A stretch of DNA of 64,000 nucleotides from the NCBI GenBank assembly GCA_009103225.1, contig RHPI01003124.1, positions 373,757 through 437,756 on the forward strand, given 5' to 3'. Positions 60,828 to 64,000 of this stretch are shown here, one piece after another. The stretch comes from Chlorokybus atmophyticus. Taxonomy: Eukaryota > Plantae > Mesostigma and Chlorokybus algae. Every line of letters starts with the position of its first letter. Position 1 is the first letter of the stretch. The notes beneath the pieces are model-generated. The model was given only the letters and a program-made list of their open reading frames with translations, made no database searches and was not told the origin of the DNA. Position numbers and translations under genes: made by a program.

Positions 60828-63085
60828 ATGCGTTCCATTGTCATTATCAGAGGAGATCGGCAGCAACCGCAGCGGGTGCTCGGAAGCAGCAGTGGGGGTG
60901 CGGTGTTGTCGGTGGTGGTCGCAGCTGGGGACTTCCAGCTTCAGGACCTCCAGCTTTTTGACGTCAACTTAACAAGGGCGAGTTGTGCATTGTCGTGCTC
61001 AGTGTTATTAACAAATAGCTGAAATAGTAGAAGAACTACTTCAAGTAGTTCTACGCTAACAAGTTGTTAGCGTAAGTACAACGAGGTGTTATGACGACAG
61101 GCTTGACTTATGTGTGCAGGCTTCCTCTGCGGCCATTGTCAGTGCAGGAACAATCAGTACTTTATTGTGTTCATTTGTGTATATTCAATCAAGATATGGT
61201 AGATTGTTTCTAACAAGTGTGCTGTTTTGCATGTAGCCATGTCTTGTGGCTGTTACATTGGTTTTGCTTCCTGCAGGGTGACACAGGGGCTGCGGCACTT
61301 TACACCTCGGAATTGCGATGCTGGACACATCTGAGTTTTTGTGCAACAGTGCTGGTGCACCGGTAAGCTGAGGGCATGTGTACATGTCACATTGTGTGAT
61401 TGGGTGTGTTCGCACCTTTGAGTCAGTGTTCAAGGAATGCATGTCCTTGCGATGGTGCACACGAACACAACATGCATTCAATTAGCGAGGTGTATGGACT
61501 GTAACTTTGTACAGTGACTGGTGAGAAGTAACTACATGGTGGCAACACACAAGGTAGTTGAGTTACCCGCATCGCATACTCGGGGCAGCACTCGTGGTTT
61601 TCTGCCCCACAATCTGCACGAGTGCATGCATCCGCCACTCAATGTGTGTGCAATTGACCGTGTGCATGTTAGGGGAGGTTTTAAGACACAGCTTTGTAGC
61701 GGTTACCTCAGCACAATCTGCTAAAAGCTCCATTGACCGGGCAACACTGACCAGTTGAAACCCTGTATCGTATGGTTCTTACATTAACTTGTTGTGTTAT
61801 GCTGTAGGCAACCAAAGGTGTTGTCGTCAATGAGGGGCGCATGAAGGTCACTGGGGGCAATGTCAGCAAATAAGCGCACCTATGGGTGGGGCACTTTGGA
61901 ACGGCAAATTGTCAGTACAAGACTCGAAGTTTACTGACAATACAGCGTCGGTAAGTAGGTTAAGACACTCGCATGTCAATGTGTGGAAAGTGCTGACGTT
62001 CCACCATCTAACTTCTGGCTTGCTTCACAGTTGGGTGCTTCAGGTGCCATTGTTACCAATAGCGCAGGCACCCTGACTGTTGACAACAGCAACTTCACCA
62101 ATAACATTAACAGTGCAAGTCAATCCGCCGGATCATTGTCGCTCAGTGCAAGTCGCTTTACAAACAACACCCAAGCCCCGGTGAGTAGCAGCTGCGAGCT
62201 GTGGCTGCTTCTTTGTAGCTGTCGCACCTCCAGAGCGACAAAAAGCTCATGATCATGCCTTGTTGTACTTGCAGATGGGTTCAGGAGTGCATACTGCATG
62301 AGGCTGGGCTACCAATTAAAGGTGCACGTTCATTAAAAGTAATGCTTCTTGTGACCTTGGCGATGGAGCCATTTATTCCAATAGACAGTTGCTAGACCTA
62401 TTGGGGTCACAGTGCATTTGCAACATTGCGACTCTTGTAAATGTGTACGGATTGATGTGTTTACAACAGGGTCCTGTGCACTCAGTCTCCCAGGCTGGCA
62501 GTCCCTGCGTCTCTCCGCACTTGTGTCACAGCTTGTAAACTCACTCCATATGTTGGGTCTTGCTGGGCCGCTCTTGTTGTACAGGATGTGCAAACTCAAC
62601 TTCGTCACACTACCGATATGCTCTGGCAACGCGATGTTACTCAGAAGAATTCGTCTTACATTTTTGCCTTTACTGCTGTATTCTTATGCGGGTCACGTCT
62701 GTGCTACAGCTTGGAGGTGCTTTATTACTAAAGGATGGCATAGCAAGCATCCGCCTGTACTTTCCAAACAAATACTGCGTATCAAGGCGGCGCTATCCAC
62801 AATGACAATACGACGGTCTTGACGGATTGCAGTTTCACGGAAAACAATGCCTTAAATGTGGGTTTGGTTGCATCTTGTTGTACATGTGCGAATTTATGAT
62901 AGCACCTTATGACAGTGCTTTACAGGCTGGAGGTGCTTTTGTGGGGCAATTCAATTCAATAATTGTGCGCTGTACTTTTATTAGCAATGCCTGCACTGAC
63001 TTTTATGGTGGCGCAGTGTACTACTTATAAGAACCCGCGACCAACATCACCGACACTACCTTCAGGCACAATCGAGCCAATGCTG
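60828..63085 (+). pseudogene. Right-handed beta-helix / polymorphic-membrane-protein-repeat gene, degenerate
   Basis: Spliced fragments with GGAL/GGAF/GGAV and FxxN motifs (GGALWNGKLSVQDSKFTDNTAS; LTVDNSNFTNN; GGAFVGQFNSIIVRCTFISN..GGAVYYL*). Stops at ~61870 and ~63028, plus frameshifts. Confidence 0.65.
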
Positions 63086-64000
63086 TAAGTCTATTGATCT
63101 GAGTGGCCGCAAGCGATGGCAAGAATTCATGTCTTATGTTGTAACAGCATTAGCGGCTGCTACCACTGACGTTGATTGTGCTAGCAGGGTGAAGGTGCAG
63201 TTTCCTTCGTTTCAAGCACCTGTAACATGAACAATGCCACTTTTGTCAACAATACAACTGTGATAAGTGCAACTACCAGGTGATACTGCTTGGGTTAGGC
63301 TCACGAGCGCTCGTTCCTGTTGTATGCATGTTTCAACCAACACGCTTGCACATATGACAACCGGTCTGCGGTTCTCGAGGATTGCATTCGCAATGGAGAT
63401 TAAGAGCAAGTCAAGCAGTGCAAAGCCGGGTAAGCTTAGCATCTCAGCCTGCACGTGCTTGAATGAAAGTTGCGACTCAGGTGAACTCCATGCTTTTTCC
63501 CTGGGCAGCTGGCATCCGTTACCATTCAGGTTGTGTTTGTAGACACGCTTACTCAATCTTTTGAGTGAATTTGCGCAGCTATGCAGGCAATCTTTGCGGG
63601 GTATGCAGTGACGGTTGGGAACCCAGCGGCGGAAGAAACTACATCCTATGCAAGAGGTGCAGCGCCAAAATTGTGAACGCCCCGCATACACAGGCGTTAC
63701 TCTGATCACTTTGGTCGCAATCATAATCATCACAAAGGTAAGACTGTAGTTTCGGCTACGGTGGCATGCTGTAAACACGGCTTTGGAACTTTGTCATACG
63801 ACCATTGATAACAAGCAGGCCGCGCTGACCACGGAGCTGGATGCTACACCTGATGAGCACGGCTGCATCCCGCTCAGTCAAGCCATTCACTCCATGTGCA
63901 ATGTTGGTGGTCTGTCGCGGCAACATGTTCTGTATCGCTTTTCGGTGTGTGGCACACCGTATGCATGTGGTTGGACAGTGTCTGACCGCTAGCAACTCTG

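Noticed and set aside
63212-63995. 188-aa minus ORF and neighbours at the window end
   Set aside because: No recognisable domain; possibly a TE relic but unassignable.

Overview
Eukaryotic, intron-rich draft-assembly DNA. It most likely comes from a flagellate streptophyte green alga; this is inferred from plant-type glucosidase II and PCC13-62 genes, centriolar POC5 and chromovirus content. The first ~17 kb is a nested transposon stack: an L1-type LINE fragment, a Penelope-like RT fragment, a gag-like knuckle ORF, and an old Ty3/gypsy element whose pol carries a DNA cytosine-5 methyltransferase between protease and RT. That old element is interrupted by a young intact chromovirus (6,044 bp, ATCCA TSD, -1 frameshift signal) and a 410-bp TA-flanked MITE. 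Next come NDUFB7 and GatB pseudogene fragments, an intact 13-exon ER glucosidase II alpha gene, a cluster of decaying F-box-like paralogs with an inverted duplication, a ferritin-like desiccation-related gene, POC5, a coiled-coil gene and a two-dsRBD gene with a Q/Y-rich tail. The end of the window has a decayed bacterial-style subtilase + TSP3 + Kelch fusion gene, a solo LTR and a decayed beta-helix (POMP-repeat) gene. Perfect short palindromes are scattered through the intergenic DNA. All calls come from manual translation and motif recognition; no searches were run.
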